Of a stretch of 57,994 nucleotides of DNA, positions 11,967 to 20,512 are shown piece by piece. The notes under the pieces were generated by a model. That model was not told where the DNA came from. It did no database searches and worked only from the letters and a program-made list of their open reading frames with translations. How positions within the stretch are numbered: the first letter of the stretch is position 1; each line of letters begins with the position of its first letter. This DNA is from a virus (Duplodnaviria > Caudoviricetes). The translations under genes were made by a program, and so were the position numbers. The stretch covers positions 1-57,994 of the IMG/VR virus record IMGVR_UViG_3300044971_003295. One strand, written 5' to 3'.

Positions 11967-12303
11967 CAGTCTGTGGAAGGTTATCTACTTAGATGAGGAC
12001 AGGCAGTCTGAGTTTGTGTGGTACTGCAAGGCAGATAAGAAGAATAAGGCCATGAGCCTGTTTGTGCTTGAGCATGGTACTGAAAACTTTATCTGCGACG
12101 TCTTTATTGCTGATGAAGACGAGGTAGAGGCTTATGAGCAGGGATTCAATGCTGGTGGGGACTGGGAATACCAAAAGGCCTATGAGTCTGGTAAGGCTGT
12201 TCTTATTAAAAGAATGCTTGATACTCTGGACGGGACCAAGGTACCATGGAAACGTAAAGTAATTAAACGACTAATAGAGAAAGTGTGCTACGAAGGTGAC
12301 TGA
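11941..12303 (+). CDS. Hypothetical protein (similar to 18830-19282)
   Basis: Shares W.V.Y.DED...Y.KA and EV.AY..GF..G.D motifs with 18830-19282. Confidence 0.6.
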   Translation: MTWWLVSYSSLWKVIYLDEDRQSEFVWYCKADKKNKAMSLFVLEHGTENFICDVFIADEDEVEAYEQGFNAGGDWEYQKAYESGKAVLIKRMLDTLDGTKVPWKRKVIKRLIEKVCYEGD

Positions 12304-12514
12304 AAAAGAAGAATACACAACGATTGACATCGAGCCTAAGGACGAGGACCAGAAGCTGGCAATGCTTATCCTGATGAACGAAGGCGCTCTGCGCGAGCGT
12401 GAGCGTGTCATTGAAATCCTTAAGGAAGAACTAAAGGAGTCCCTGGACCCGATTGAAGGTACTAAGGGCGGATGGCGAGAGCATCTTATTGCTCGTATCA
12501 AAGGAGAGAAGTAG
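12296..12514 (+). CDS. Hypothetical protein ending IKGEK
   Basis: Coupled ORF with GAAGG RBS. Confidence 0.6.
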   Translation: MTEKEEYTTIDIEPKDEDQKLAMLILMNEGALRERERVIEILKEELKESLDPIEGTKGGWREHLIARIKGEK

Positions 12515-12708
12515 TGACTGATACCCCCATACATGACAACCTTTCGTCAGACTTTAACGCTTCTAGGTCATGGTGGAAGCACCAAGGCGCATTGGAGGAG
12601 CTCAAGTTAACGTTGACGTTCCTAAGGAAGATTAAGAAGCCAACTAAGCAGACTGAAGAGATTATTCAGATTTTGCAGAAAAGACTAGATGAATTTGGAA
12701 GAAAGTAA
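12514..12708 (+). CDS. Hypothetical protein
   Basis: GTG overlapping the upstream TAG; AAGGAG RBS. Confidence 0.55.
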   Translation: MTDTPIHDNLSSDFNASRSWWKHQGALEELKLTLTFLRKIKKPTKQTEEIIQILQKRLDEFGRK

Positions 12709-13378
12709 CGACCCTGGGTTAGCCCTGCTCTATGCCCGTGTGTCGACGCAATTACAGGTCAATGACGGAGTTTCGTTAGATGTGCAGGAGAGGCAGCTCA
12801 TAAACGCGGCTGAGTTTCATGGCTTCACTAAGTGGGAGTTAGTTCGTGAGGAAGGCCGTTCTGGTAAGAACATTACCGGCCGACCTGCGCTCGTCGACGC
12901 CCTTAAGAGGTTAGAGTCTGGAGACGCTCAGGCGTTACTGGTAACTCGTATTGACCGCTTGGCTCGTAGTACAACGGACTTCTTGGACATCGTAGACAGG
13001 GCCAACGCTAAGGGCTGGCGATTAATCATGCTAGACCTAAACCTGGATACTTCTTCGTACCAGGGGCGCTTCGTGGTGACCATTATGTCTGCGCTGGCTG
13101 AGATGGAGCGTGGCATTATTGCTGCGCGTCAGAAAGATGTGCACAAAGACCGCCGCGCTCGCGGAATTGTTTGGGGAGTGGACATGGGGCCAAAAAACAA
13201 AACTCCCGACGTCCTTAAGGATAGAATCCTTGCCGAGCGATTCAAGGGATTGTCGTACCGAGAGATTGCCAACGGACTAAATGCTGATGGGATACTTTCG
13301 CAAAACGGTGGGAAGTGGTATCCTACGACCGTAAAGAATATCGTAGACGCCATTATTGGAGGAGAAGAGAGTGCCTAG
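12689..13378 (+). CDS. Serine recombinase (resolvase/invertase family)
   Basis: YARVST catalytic Ser, SGK...RP.L, RIDRLARS, AEMER; C-terminal S...IA..LN..G...W DNA-binding part. Confidence 0.9.
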   Translation: MNLEESNDPGLALLYARVSTQLQVNDGVSLDVQERQLINAAEFHGFTKWELVREEGRSGKNITGRPALVDALKRLESGDAQALLVTRIDRLARSTTDFLDIVDRANAKGWRLIMLDLNLDTSSYQGRFVVTIMSALAEMERGIIAARQKDVHKDRRARGIVWGVDMGPKNKTPDVLKDRILAERFKGLSYREIANGLNADGILSQNGGKWYPTTVKNIVDAIIGGEESA

Positions 13379-13856
13379 TTTAGGTGGAGAAACATCAGTA
13401 TCTGCAACGGATGTGTGGTTAACACCACCTGCAATCATTAAGGCTTTGGGGCAGTTTGACTTAGACCCTTGTGCATCCCTGGACCGCCCGTGGGACACCG
13501 CTGGGCATCACTACACCATTGAAGACGATGGTTTGAAGCAGGAGTGGTTTGGTCGTGTGTGGTGCAATCCTCCGTATGGAAAAGCTATGGCTCCTTTCCT
13601 TGAGAAGATGGTTGCTCATGGTAACGGAGTAGTTCTAATCTTTGCTCGCACTGAGACAAAAGCTTTCTTTGATTATGTGTGGGACAAGGCAGACGCCATT
13701 CTATTTATGAAGGGCCGTGTGAAGTTTCACCTACCGGATGGATCGCAGGGTGGCACAGCTGGGGCTCCTAGCGTTCTAATTGCTTATGGCGCAGAGAACG
13801 TAAAGGCACTGGAGACCTGTGGAATTCCTGGAAAAATAGTTTATTTAAATACTTGA
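13371..13856 (+). CDS. Phage DNA N6-adenine methyltransferase
   Basis: W.TP, FDLDPCA, DGL...W, NPPYG, ARTET, GRVKF. Confidence 0.88.
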   Translation: MPSLGGETSVSATDVWLTPPAIIKALGQFDLDPCASLDRPWDTAGHHYTIEDDGLKQEWFGRVWCNPPYGKAMAPFLEKMVAHGNGVVLIFARTETKAFFDYVWDKADAILFMKGRVKFHLPDGSQGGTAGAPSVLIAYGAENVKALETCGIPGKIVYLNT

Positions 13857-13888
13857 CACGTTGTCGTCGACGTTCCTATAATCTGAAT

Positions 13889-14371
13889 ATGCAAACATTT
13901 CTCCCATATGACGACTTCTACAAAGTCGCAGAAGTACTAGACAACAAGCGCCTCAACAAGCAGATTCTTGAGTGCTACCAAATCCTAAACGTTCTATCCA
14001 ATGACGACCCTCGCGCTGGCTGGCGCAATCATCCTGCTGTCAAGATGTGGCGCGGGTTCGAGATGGGCCTATATCAATACACCTTCGTGATGATTGAAGA
14101 AGCTAACAAGCGTGGCATCAAGACAGACAAGAACGTAGCTAACCTTGAGGCCCTGCACGCACGTGCTTACAAGGACTGGGGCTATGGCATCCCTACCTGG
14201 TTCGATAACGTCGACGTCCTTAATAAAGTAACAACGACACACAAAGCCAACCTCTACAATAAGGACCCGGAATACTATGTAGACTTTGGTAGTGCAGTAA
14301 TGGATGCCAACAATGCTCCGTGCTGTGAAAAATGCAGTTACTATTGGGTGACTCACGTTAAGGACAGTTGA
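13889..14371 (+). CDS. MSMEG_6728 / pyrimidine-dimer DNA glycosylase-like protein
   Basis: MQTFLPY, LD.KRL.KQ..E..Q, HPAVKMWRG, H..NL..KDP..Y; leaderless after TTGACA-18-TATAAT (13853-13882). Confidence 0.8.
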   Translation: MQTFLPYDDFYKVAEVLDNKRLNKQILECYQILNVLSNDDPRAGWRNHPAVKMWRGFEMGLYQYTFVMIEEANKRGIKTDKNVANLEALHARAYKDWGYGIPTWFDNVDVLNKVTTTHKANLYNKDPEYYVDFGSAVMDANNAPCCEKCSYYWVTHVKDS

Positions 14372-14547
14372 TGCCAAGATATGAATACAAGTGCGCCAAG
14401 TGCGAGGACACAATCATCGTGTCCCGTAGTATTCATGACGACGACCCTGGCTACACTTGCGAGAAGTGCAATGAGCCTATGCAACAGGTGATGGGCAATA
14501 TCTCCCTATCTTTTAAGGGCACCGGCTGGTCTGGTAAGAGTAATTGA
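14371..14547 (+). CDS. FmdB-family zinc-ribbon protein
   Basis: MPRYEYKCAKC...CEKC...FKGTGW; 58 aa, below the track cutoff. Confidence 0.8.
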   Translation: MPRYEYKCAKCEDTIIVSRSIHDDDPGYTCEKCNEPMQQVMGNISLSFKGTGWSGKSN

Positions 14548-14802
14548 AAAACTGGCTTAAGGGTGCTTGGTGCTTTCTTCGGAGGCACAAACTTACAGTT
14601 GGAGCTGCGTGTCCTGTGACAGGAATTAGGGTATTGACGTGCGAACGCTGTAAGATAGACAACATGCCTACACACAGCAGAGGAATGAGTTTTGACTAAT
14701 GGCTAAAGCTGGATACCCGTGCCGAAGGCATCGAATTAGGTTTACTGGCAGTGTCTGCCCGAAGTGCTACAACGAGCGTAGAAAAGCTGAAAGAACCATT
14801 AA

Positions 14803-15399
14803 ATGAAAATACTAAACTTGTACGCCGGAATCGGAGGCAACAGAAGATTCTGGGGTGACGAGCATAAAGTCACTGCTGTAGAGTATGACCCACAGATTGC
14901 CGCGGTCTACGCTGACTTGTACCCGAAAGATACTGTGGTAGTTGGTGACGCACACCAGTACTTACTGGAGCACCATGACGAGTTCGACTTCATCTGGTCT
15001 TCTCCTCCTTGCCAGAGCCACTCTTCTTTCAGATTCAACATCGGCGTAAGGTTCAGAGGCACTGAGCCGAAGTATCCGGACATGAGTTTGTATGAGGAGA
15101 TTATCTTCTTGAAGTATCACTCGAATGCGCTGTGGGTTGTTGAGAACGTTGTTCCTTACTATCCTGCAATGGCAGACCCGCAGAAGATTAACAGGCACCT
15201 TTATTGGGCTAACTTTGAGATTGGTGAGTTGCCTAAGATTGTCGAGAACCTCAGAGACATACAAATCCCTGGACTTCAAAAGCTTCACGGGGTAGATTTA
15301 AGCAAGTACAAACTGACAAACAAAAGACAGATTCTAAGAAACTGTGTCCACGGAGAAACCGGGCTGGCTATTCTGGAATCTGCAATCAAGAGCAAATAA
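14803..15399 (+). CDS. DNA cytosine-C5 methyltransferase (compact)
   Basis: LYAGIGG SAM motif, SPPCQ catalytic motif, ENV. Confidence 0.85.
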   Translation: MKILNLYAGIGGNRRFWGDEHKVTAVEYDPQIAAVYADLYPKDTVVVGDAHQYLLEHHDEFDFIWSSPPCQSHSSFRFNIGVRFRGTEPKYPDMSLYEEIIFLKYHSNALWVVENVVPYYPAMADPQKINRHLYWANFEIGELPKIVENLRDIQIPGLQKLHGVDLSKYKLTNKRQILRNCVHGETGLAILESAIKSK

Positions 15400-15412
15400 G
15401 GAGTTGGCCATA

Positions 15413-15550
15413 GTGTCAGAAGGATTCGAGCGTATACCGTTTTTGAAGGCATATAAGATGCTTAGGGCAATTGGCATAAAGCCTTTAAAGGCCGTCTATT
15501 GGGCTGCTTGGGGGCTTAAGCAGTACGTAATTAAGTCAAATAAGAAATAA
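15413..15550 (+). CDS. Small hypothetical protein
   Basis: AAGGAG RBS then GTG. Confidence 0.45.
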   Translation: MSEGFERIPFLKAYKMLRAIGIKPLKAVYWAAWGLKQYVIKSNKK

Positions 15551-15585
15551 GCCCAGCGTGGTATCCTGATTAGACGGAGGTCATT

Positions 15586-15951
15586 ATGGGTATGCCTAAG
15601 CAGGTCAAGATAGGGCCTCAGGTATTCACTGTCGTCGAGCGTTCTAAAGCTGACGATGGAATGCTTAATGATGGCTGTTTTGGCTACACCATGGACATGT
15701 CTAATCTCATTGTCGTCGACGTCGATATTCACGTCACTAAAAAGCAAGTAACTCTCTTGCACGAAATCATGCACGCTTGTAGGATGGTATTCGAAGGTCC
15801 AAGCAAGCCTAGCAAGTCTGACGATGCAGATACTTGGGAACATCATTTTATTGGGGTGTGGGAATCTTCTTTGCTACTTGTGCTTCGAGAGAATCCAGAT
15901 ATAGTAAAGTGGTTGCTATCAGATGGTGGGACAGTTCCACCAAAGAAATAA
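15586..15951 (+). CDS. Putative Zn metallopeptidase (HExxH)
   Basis: TLLHEIMHA plus a downstream E; GGAGG RBS. Confidence 0.65.
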   Translation: MGMPKQVKIGPQVFTVVERSKADDGMLNDGCFGYTMDMSNLIVVDVDIHVTKKQVTLLHEIMHACRMVFEGPSKPSKSDDADTWEHHFIGVWESSLLLVLRENPDIVKWLLSDGGTVPPKK

Positions 15952-15969
15952 AGATTACATGGAGATAGA

Positions 15970-16641
15970 ATGACGACAGACAAACCTCACTACGATGTGC
16001 TTATCGCGACGCCTGGAAAGATGTTGCACGCTGAATACACTTCCAGTCTTGTAGATACAATTCGCTGGTTGGAGTCTGAGGGTAAGACATACAAGTTTCT
16101 AAACAAGCAGGGCTCCTTAATCTCTAGCACTCGCGAATCGACTGCGCTTGACTCGTACACTCCAAACTGGGAGACGCGTGAAGTTGGTGGCGGTGCCTAC
16201 ACCTACGGCAAAATCTTTTGGATTGACTCAGACGTTCAGTGGGACGTAGAAGCATTCAAGAAGATTTATGAATCAGACCTAGACATTGTTGGTGGTCTTT
16301 ATCAGACTGCCCCAGACGGTCGAGTTGCTCTAGCGTTCTTTGACGGACTTGGTCAGCCAACGGTTGTTCGTGAGCAAGACTTCATGATGATGGATGGCGA
16401 CATCCACGAAGCGTACGGAATCGGTTTTGGTTTCGTTGCTATGAAGTCTGGTGTCTTTGAGAAGTGTGATCGACCTTGGTTCTTGATGGAGCGTATCAAT
16501 TGGGCGCACCTGGACTTTCCATTGAACATCGGTGAAGATTATTCGTTCTGTGTGAACGCTCGTAGGAACGGGTTCAAAACTTATGTGGACTCAACCGTAA
16601 AGGTTATGCACCACAAGGAAACTGTCTATTTCATTAGGTAG
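15970..16641 (+). CDS. Glycosyltransferase (GT-A fold)
   Basis: WIDSD DxD motif, GFGFVAM, GEDYSFC, H.K. Confidence 0.8.
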   Translation: MTTDKPHYDVLIATPGKMLHAEYTSSLVDTIRWLESEGKTYKFLNKQGSLISSTRESTALDSYTPNWETREVGGGAYTYGKIFWIDSDVQWDVEAFKKIYESDLDIVGGLYQTAPDGRVALAFFDGLGQPTVVREQDFMMMDGDIHEAYGIGFGFVAMKSGVFEKCDRPWFLMERINWAHLDFPLNIGEDYSFCVNARRNGFKTYVDSTVKVMHHKETVYFIR

Positions 16642-16647
16642 ACACAA

Positions 16648-16721
16648 CGGGAGTTAGCTCAGCCGGTTAGAGCCCCGAACTCATAATTCGGTCGTCGCGG
16701 GTTCAAGTCCCGCACTCCTGA
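16648..16721 (+). tRNA. tRNA with CAT anticodon (elongator Met, or Ile2 after lysidine modification)
   Basis: Acceptor CGGGAGT/ACTCCTG, D-arm GCTC/GAGC, anticodon arm CCGAA-CTCATAA-TTCGG, T-arm GCGGG-TTCAAGT-CCCGC; lacks initiator features. Confidence 0.9.
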
Positions 16722-16757
16722 CTTGACAGAAATCATCGACGTCAGTAAGGTACTTAT

Positions 16758-16940
16758 ATGACAAATGCAGAGCTTGAGAAACTTCTAAAGGAAGCTAGGT
16801 TCATCAGACAGCAAGAACGTAAACGTCTGTATGAAAAAGCTAAGCGTGCTCGAAAAGCCTCCGGTACTCCAATGGCAGAGAGAGCCGACTTAAAATCGGT
16901 ACAGTGCGAGTTCGAGTCTCGCGCGGAGGACAATGGGTAG
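16758..16940 (+). CDS. Possible leaderless basic peptide running through tRNA-Leu
   Basis: TTGACA-17-TAAGGT (16723-16751) with ATG 6 nt later; helical basic N-terminal half. Confidence 0.4.
   Translation: MTNAELEKLLKEARFIRQQERKRLYEKAKRARKASGTPMAERADLKSVQCEFESRAEDNG
16858..16930 (+). tRNA. tRNA-Leu(TAA), short variable arm
   Basis: CCTCCG/CGGAGG acceptor (7th pair G.G), GCCGA-CTTAAAA-TCGGT, GCGAG-TTCGAGT-CTCGC. Confidence 0.8.
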
Positions 16941-17121
16941 GATACCAGACATGCCTAACTTAGAACGCTGCCCTAAATGCGCTAAGTTCGTAAACAGCAA
17001 GAACTTGGACGCCCTTGTTGAGCAGGATATTCAAGGGAACTTGGTAACTTATTGTAGTTACGTCTGCCTAAATTCGGACGTTGTGAGGCTACATAGTGAA
17101 GAGCCTGAAATAATCTATTAG
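16933..17121 (+). CDS. Small Cys-containing protein
   Basis: CPKC...YCSYVC; its GGAGG RBS lies in the tRNA 3' end. Confidence 0.6.
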   Translation: MGRIPDMPNLERCPKCAKFVNSKNLDALVEQDIQGNLVTYCSYVCLNSDVVRLHSEEPEIIY

Positions 17122-17181
17122 TCCTGTACTTCGGGGGCTTTCTGTGCTATTGTGTCATCATACGCAGAGAAGGTGATTTTA

Positions 17182-17379
17182 ATGGATGAAATTCTTGTAG
17201 GCAAAAAAGTGTCTATAGACTTTGGGCCGTCTTCGGCAATAATTCATGTCGAAATTGTGGAAGTAAATCCTGTATACTTAGTGGCTGTGGACGCGAATAA
17301 CAGACTTCGCTACATCCCGCTTACGGCAGTAAACATGATTACACTAAACAAAGGTCAACTAGGTAATGATTCAAATTGA
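17182..17379 (+). CDS. Small beta-barrel protein (possible Sm/Hfq-like fold)
   Basis: AAGGTG RBS; alternating hydrophobic strands. Confidence 0.55.
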   Translation: MDEILVGKKVSIDFGPSSAIIHVEIVEVNPVYLVAVDANNRLRYIPLTAVNMITLNKGQLGNDSN

Positions 17380-18064
17380 GTTTAGATCAGATGTAACCGT
17401 TCAGCTTGTCGACGCTAATGCGTCAGATAAATCAGTTGCCATGTCTGCGCGTATCTCAACCGGAGGTGCGTCAGTCGACGAGGCAAAAGATGCTGGGCTA
17501 ATTAACTACCTAATGCGTGACCGTCATGGTACTCCGTTTGAGCACAACTCATTTACGTTCCGTATCGAAGCCCCTATCTTTGTGTTCCGTGAATTCATGC
17601 GTCACCGTATTGCTTCGTACAACGAAGAGTCTGGACGTTACAAGGAACTAGACCCTGTGTTCTACATTCCGGACCCTGAGCGTAAGTTGATTCAGATTGG
17701 TAAGACTGGTGCTTACGAGTTCATCGAGGGGACTGACGACCATTACAAGACTACGTACGCTTGCTTGAAAGAGAGCAGTGTACAATCTTATGGTTACTAT
17801 CAGGACATGCTTGAAGCAGGTGTTGCTCGTGAGGTCGCTCGTATGTGTCTTCCGGTGAACCTATACTCTTCTATGTATGTCACCATGAACGCTCGTGCGC
17901 TTATGAACTTCCTATCGCTACGCACCAAGCGTGATGATTCAAAGTTCCCTAGCTATCCTCAGCGCGAAATCGAAATGGTCGCTGAGAAGATGGAAGAATT
18001 CTTCGCAGAGAAGATGCCTGTAACTCACTCAACATTCAACAAGAACGGACGCGTGGCACCATAA
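17366..18064 (+). CDS. thyX: Flavin-dependent thymidylate synthase
   Basis: H.TPFEH, RHR.ASYNEESGRY, REVAR..LP, LRT. Confidence 0.95.
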   Translation: MIQIEFRSDVTVQLVDANASDKSVAMSARISTGGASVDEAKDAGLINYLMRDRHGTPFEHNSFTFRIEAPIFVFREFMRHRIASYNEESGRYKELDPVFYIPDPERKLIQIGKTGAYEFIEGTDDHYKTTYACLKESSVQSYGYYQDMLEAGVAREVARMCLPVNLYSSMYVTMNARALMNFLSLRTKRDDSKFPSYPQREIEMVAEKMEEFFAEKMPVTHSTFNKNGRVAP

Positions 18065-18357
18065 TGGCTGACGACAAACTATTTGAAGACCCTGATGAAG
18101 CTGTAGTCAGCAAAGTACAGCACGCTGTCCAACTTGCTATGAAAGCTCGTAAGGGGTTAGAAGACGCTTCGCATGAAGCCATTGACGCTGCTACTACCTT
18201 TGGCTATGAACTTGGTGTCATAGACAGAGAGCAAGAGATTCTTGATTGGATTGAAGAGAACCGTTCTGCTATTGAGATTGAGCCTGGTAATAACATCTAC
18301 CGTGACCACTTTAACTCAGAGTCGTTGATTGCGTTTATCAAGGGAGAGAACAAATGA
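18064..18357 (+). CDS. Hypothetical protein ending IKGENK
   Basis: Coupled ORF. Confidence 0.6.
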   Translation: MADDKLFEDPDEAVVSKVQHAVQLAMKARKGLEDASHEAIDAATTFGYELGVIDREQEILDWIEENRSAIEIEPGNNIYRDHFNSESLIAFIKGENK

Positions 18358-18524
18358 GATTTATCCGTTGGTGGAAAAAACTTTGGCGACCTATGACCTA
18401 CGCCGAAATGACTATGAGGATTGGTACTGTAAGCCACAATCAGCAGGTCACGCAAGACGAATATATTGGTTCAGACAGTGGCACAGAGCGTTCTATTGAC
18501 CGTATCAAGGGAGAGAAAAAGTGA
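18354..18524 (+). CDS. Small hypothetical protein ending IKGEKK
   Basis: ATGA overlap; 56 aa, MRFIRWWKKLW... Confidence 0.55.
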   Translation: MRFIRWWKKLWRPMTYAEMTMRIGTVSHNQQVTQDEYIGSDSGTERSIDRIKGEKK

Positions 18525-18664
18525 GTTTATGGCAAGCGTGGCGATGGGCTGGAGTTCTTGCTAAACACAGCGAACTAAGCCGCTGGCAGTTACTAAAAGT
18601 AGTTAGACATTACGCTATTTGGGCTTACTTTCAGATGGCACTTATCAAGGGGGAGAACAAGTAA
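18521..18664 (+). CDS. Small hypothetical protein ending IKGENK
   Basis: GTGA overlap; 47 aa. Confidence 0.55.
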   Translation: MSLWQAWRWAGVLAKHSELSRWQLLKVVRHYAIWAYFQMALIKGENK

Positions 18665-18843
18665 TGAATCGAACTGACATGGATGCGCTGGTAGATGGAA
18701 TTGCGCTGTTCTTTGTGTTCAATGGGGTACTTGGCTTAGCAATCAGAACAGACCTGCTGTGGTTCTGTGGTCTGCTTATCCTTACTGGCCTAGGAATTAG
18801 ATGGGTCTACAGGGCTATTAAGAGGATGAATGACAATGGATAA
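18664..18843 (+). CDS. Small two-TM membrane protein
   Basis: TAATG overlap; two hydrophobic segments. Confidence 0.6.
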   Translation: MNRTDMDALVDGIALFFVFNGVLGLAIRTDLLWFCGLLILTGLGIRWVYRAIKRMNDNG

Positions 18844-19282
18844 GCTTTGGAGAGTCGAAGTTGAATACATTGACGAAGACGTTAGCTCCGACGTCATTAA
18901 GGAAATACACTACGTAAAGGCTGAAAGCGAGTCTGAGGTTGTAGAGGACTTTGAATGGGCTAAGTCGTTGTTTGTTACGCAAGCAAGTGAGCTTGAGGTT
19001 CAGGCTTATGACTCTGGGTTCATTGAGGGTTGGGATAGCAATGAAGACTACAGAGTTGCAAAAGAGCGTCTTGATGCTTATGATGGAACCGCTAGTCGAA
19101 TCGTAGACTTCGGTGACGACTTTGACCCCGTTTTTGAAGAGGTGTTTACCTGCGGAATCTGTAGGGTCACGCTGGCTAACATGTCGCTGATTAGTGGTAA
19201 GAAGATTCCGGTAGAGGGCTACAAGACTATGTGGAACGTGTGCCAGAGCTGTTCGGATATCGTAGACGCCCTTGATGAGTGA
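18830..19282 (+). CDS. Acidic protein with C-terminal CxxC...CxxC
   Basis: ORF track; Zn-binding motif. Confidence 0.65.
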   Translation: MTMDKLWRVEVEYIDEDVSSDVIKEIHYVKAESESEVVEDFEWAKSLFVTQASELEVQAYDSGFIEGWDSNEDYRVAKERLDAYDGTASRIVDFGDDFDPVFEEVFTCGICRVTLANMSLISGKKIPVEGYKTMWNVCQSCSDIVDALDE

Positions 19283-19490
19283 GTTTGAGCGCGTAACCTG
19301 GAAAGACCACTACGCCAGGGGTTTTGTTGCGGGGCAAAAAAATATAAAAGAAAGCTTGACACAGAAGATTCGAGCAGTTAGATTTGAGACTGCAAACCCA
19401 GACGCAAGGGACTGGGCAGAGAAACTACTGAAAGAGATTGAAGATGAGCATGGTAGAGACGGAAGCGGAAGCGAAAATAATAACTCCTGA
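19272..19490 (+). CDS. Hypothetical protein
   Basis: Coupled ORF. Confidence 0.55.
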   Translation: MMSEFERVTWKDHYARGFVAGQKNIKESLTQKIRAVRFETANPDARDWAEKLLKEIEDEHGRDGSGSENNNS

Positions 19491-20007
19491 GCTATCCAGA
19501 CGTTGGGAGCTGGAGGCTAAGCTTGCCTACATTCGCAAGGAGGCTGCTAAGGTTGGTGTCTTGGTTGAGACCAAAGCTAAGTTCGACACAGGTATAAGTG
19601 GCATTTTCAGATGTACTAGCGAAATTCATATCATAGACCCAAAGAGTTCTAGAATTGCTAGCGTATTTGGGTCTATGGCACTTAGGTCATCTGCTGTCGC
19701 TGGGGCTATTGAGGCTGAGTTTGCTCGTAAATGGAGCTCTGAACTGTGGGTGCTTAGAGAGTTGTTGGTTAAAGTTACTCGCGACATGGTCAATGAACCT
19801 GAGTGGTCTGTCCTAAACTCAGAAGACAGGCCCCCAAAAATTACTCTCTGGAAAGATGGCAATGTGTCTGGCAAAGATTTGTATAAGCACAGCGACGTTG
19901 CTTATGGTGGTTGGTTGTCTGACGACGATATCCTATCTCCGTACAGAGTGGTACACTATCCTACTGACTTCAAAAAAGAATTTGACTTCTACACCAGAGA
20001 GTTCTAA
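19444..20007 (+). CDS. Hypothetical protein
   Basis: Long ORF in operon. Confidence 0.6.
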   Translation: MSMVETEAEAKIITPELSRRWELEAKLAYIRKEAAKVGVLVETKAKFDTGISGIFRCTSEIHIIDPKSSRIASVFGSMALRSSAVAGAIEAEFARKWSSELWVLRELLVKVTRDMVNEPEWSVLNSEDRPPKITLWKDGNVSGKDLYKHSDVAYGGWLSDDDILSPYRVVHYPTDFKKEFDFYTREF

Positions 20008-20021
20008 GAAAGGCAATAAAA

Positions 20022-20327
20022 ATGGCAATAGAAGAAATTAAGTCTGAGGCAGAAATCTCTGACGGAACCGTGATGCTTTACTTCACTGCTGTGTGGTGTG
20101 GCCCTTGTAGGATGCTGGGACCTGTGATGGTATCGTTCGAAGAGAAGTATGCTGAAGTGGTCGACGTCCTTAAGGTTGATGTAGACGAGGCTCCAGCCCT
20201 AGCTGAGAAGTATGAGGTTAGGGGAGTGCCGACGTTGGTATTGATTAAGGATGGGGAAGTTGTGCACCAGATTACTGGTGCTAAGCCATTGCCCGGGCTT
20301 GAAAAAGAATTTGGCGAGTTTTTGTAA
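20022..20327 (+). CDS. trxA: Thioredoxin
   Basis: WCGPC active site, VPT cis-Pro motif. Confidence 0.92.
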   Translation: MAIEEIKSEAEISDGTVMLYFTAVWCGPCRMLGPVMVSFEEKYAEVVDVLKVDVDEAPALAEKYEVRGVPTLVLIKDGEVVHQITGAKPLPGLEKEFGEFL

Positions 20328-20413
20328 ACGTCGGCTGTTTATGTAAAGTCTGTCTTATACTAAAAAGGTGATGTTTGCTCATACATCTCATCTCCTTTCA
20401 GTGTGGGAAAAAG

Positions 20414-20454
20414 GAACCCCCCTATCTATCTAGAATAGATGGGGGGTTTCTTTC
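20414..20454. terminator. Bidirectional terminator
   Basis: AACCCCCCTATCTAT/ATAGATGGGGGGTT stem between convergent operons. Confidence 0.75.
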
Positions 20455-20512
20455 TGGAGGCTTACTTATTACGCGCTCTATGACTGAGTCAAAGTTGCAC
20501 CTTTATGCCTAC

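Noticed and set aside
16648-16721. Initiator tRNA-fMet
   Set aside because: C1-G72 is paired and the anticodon stem lacks three consecutive G-C pairs
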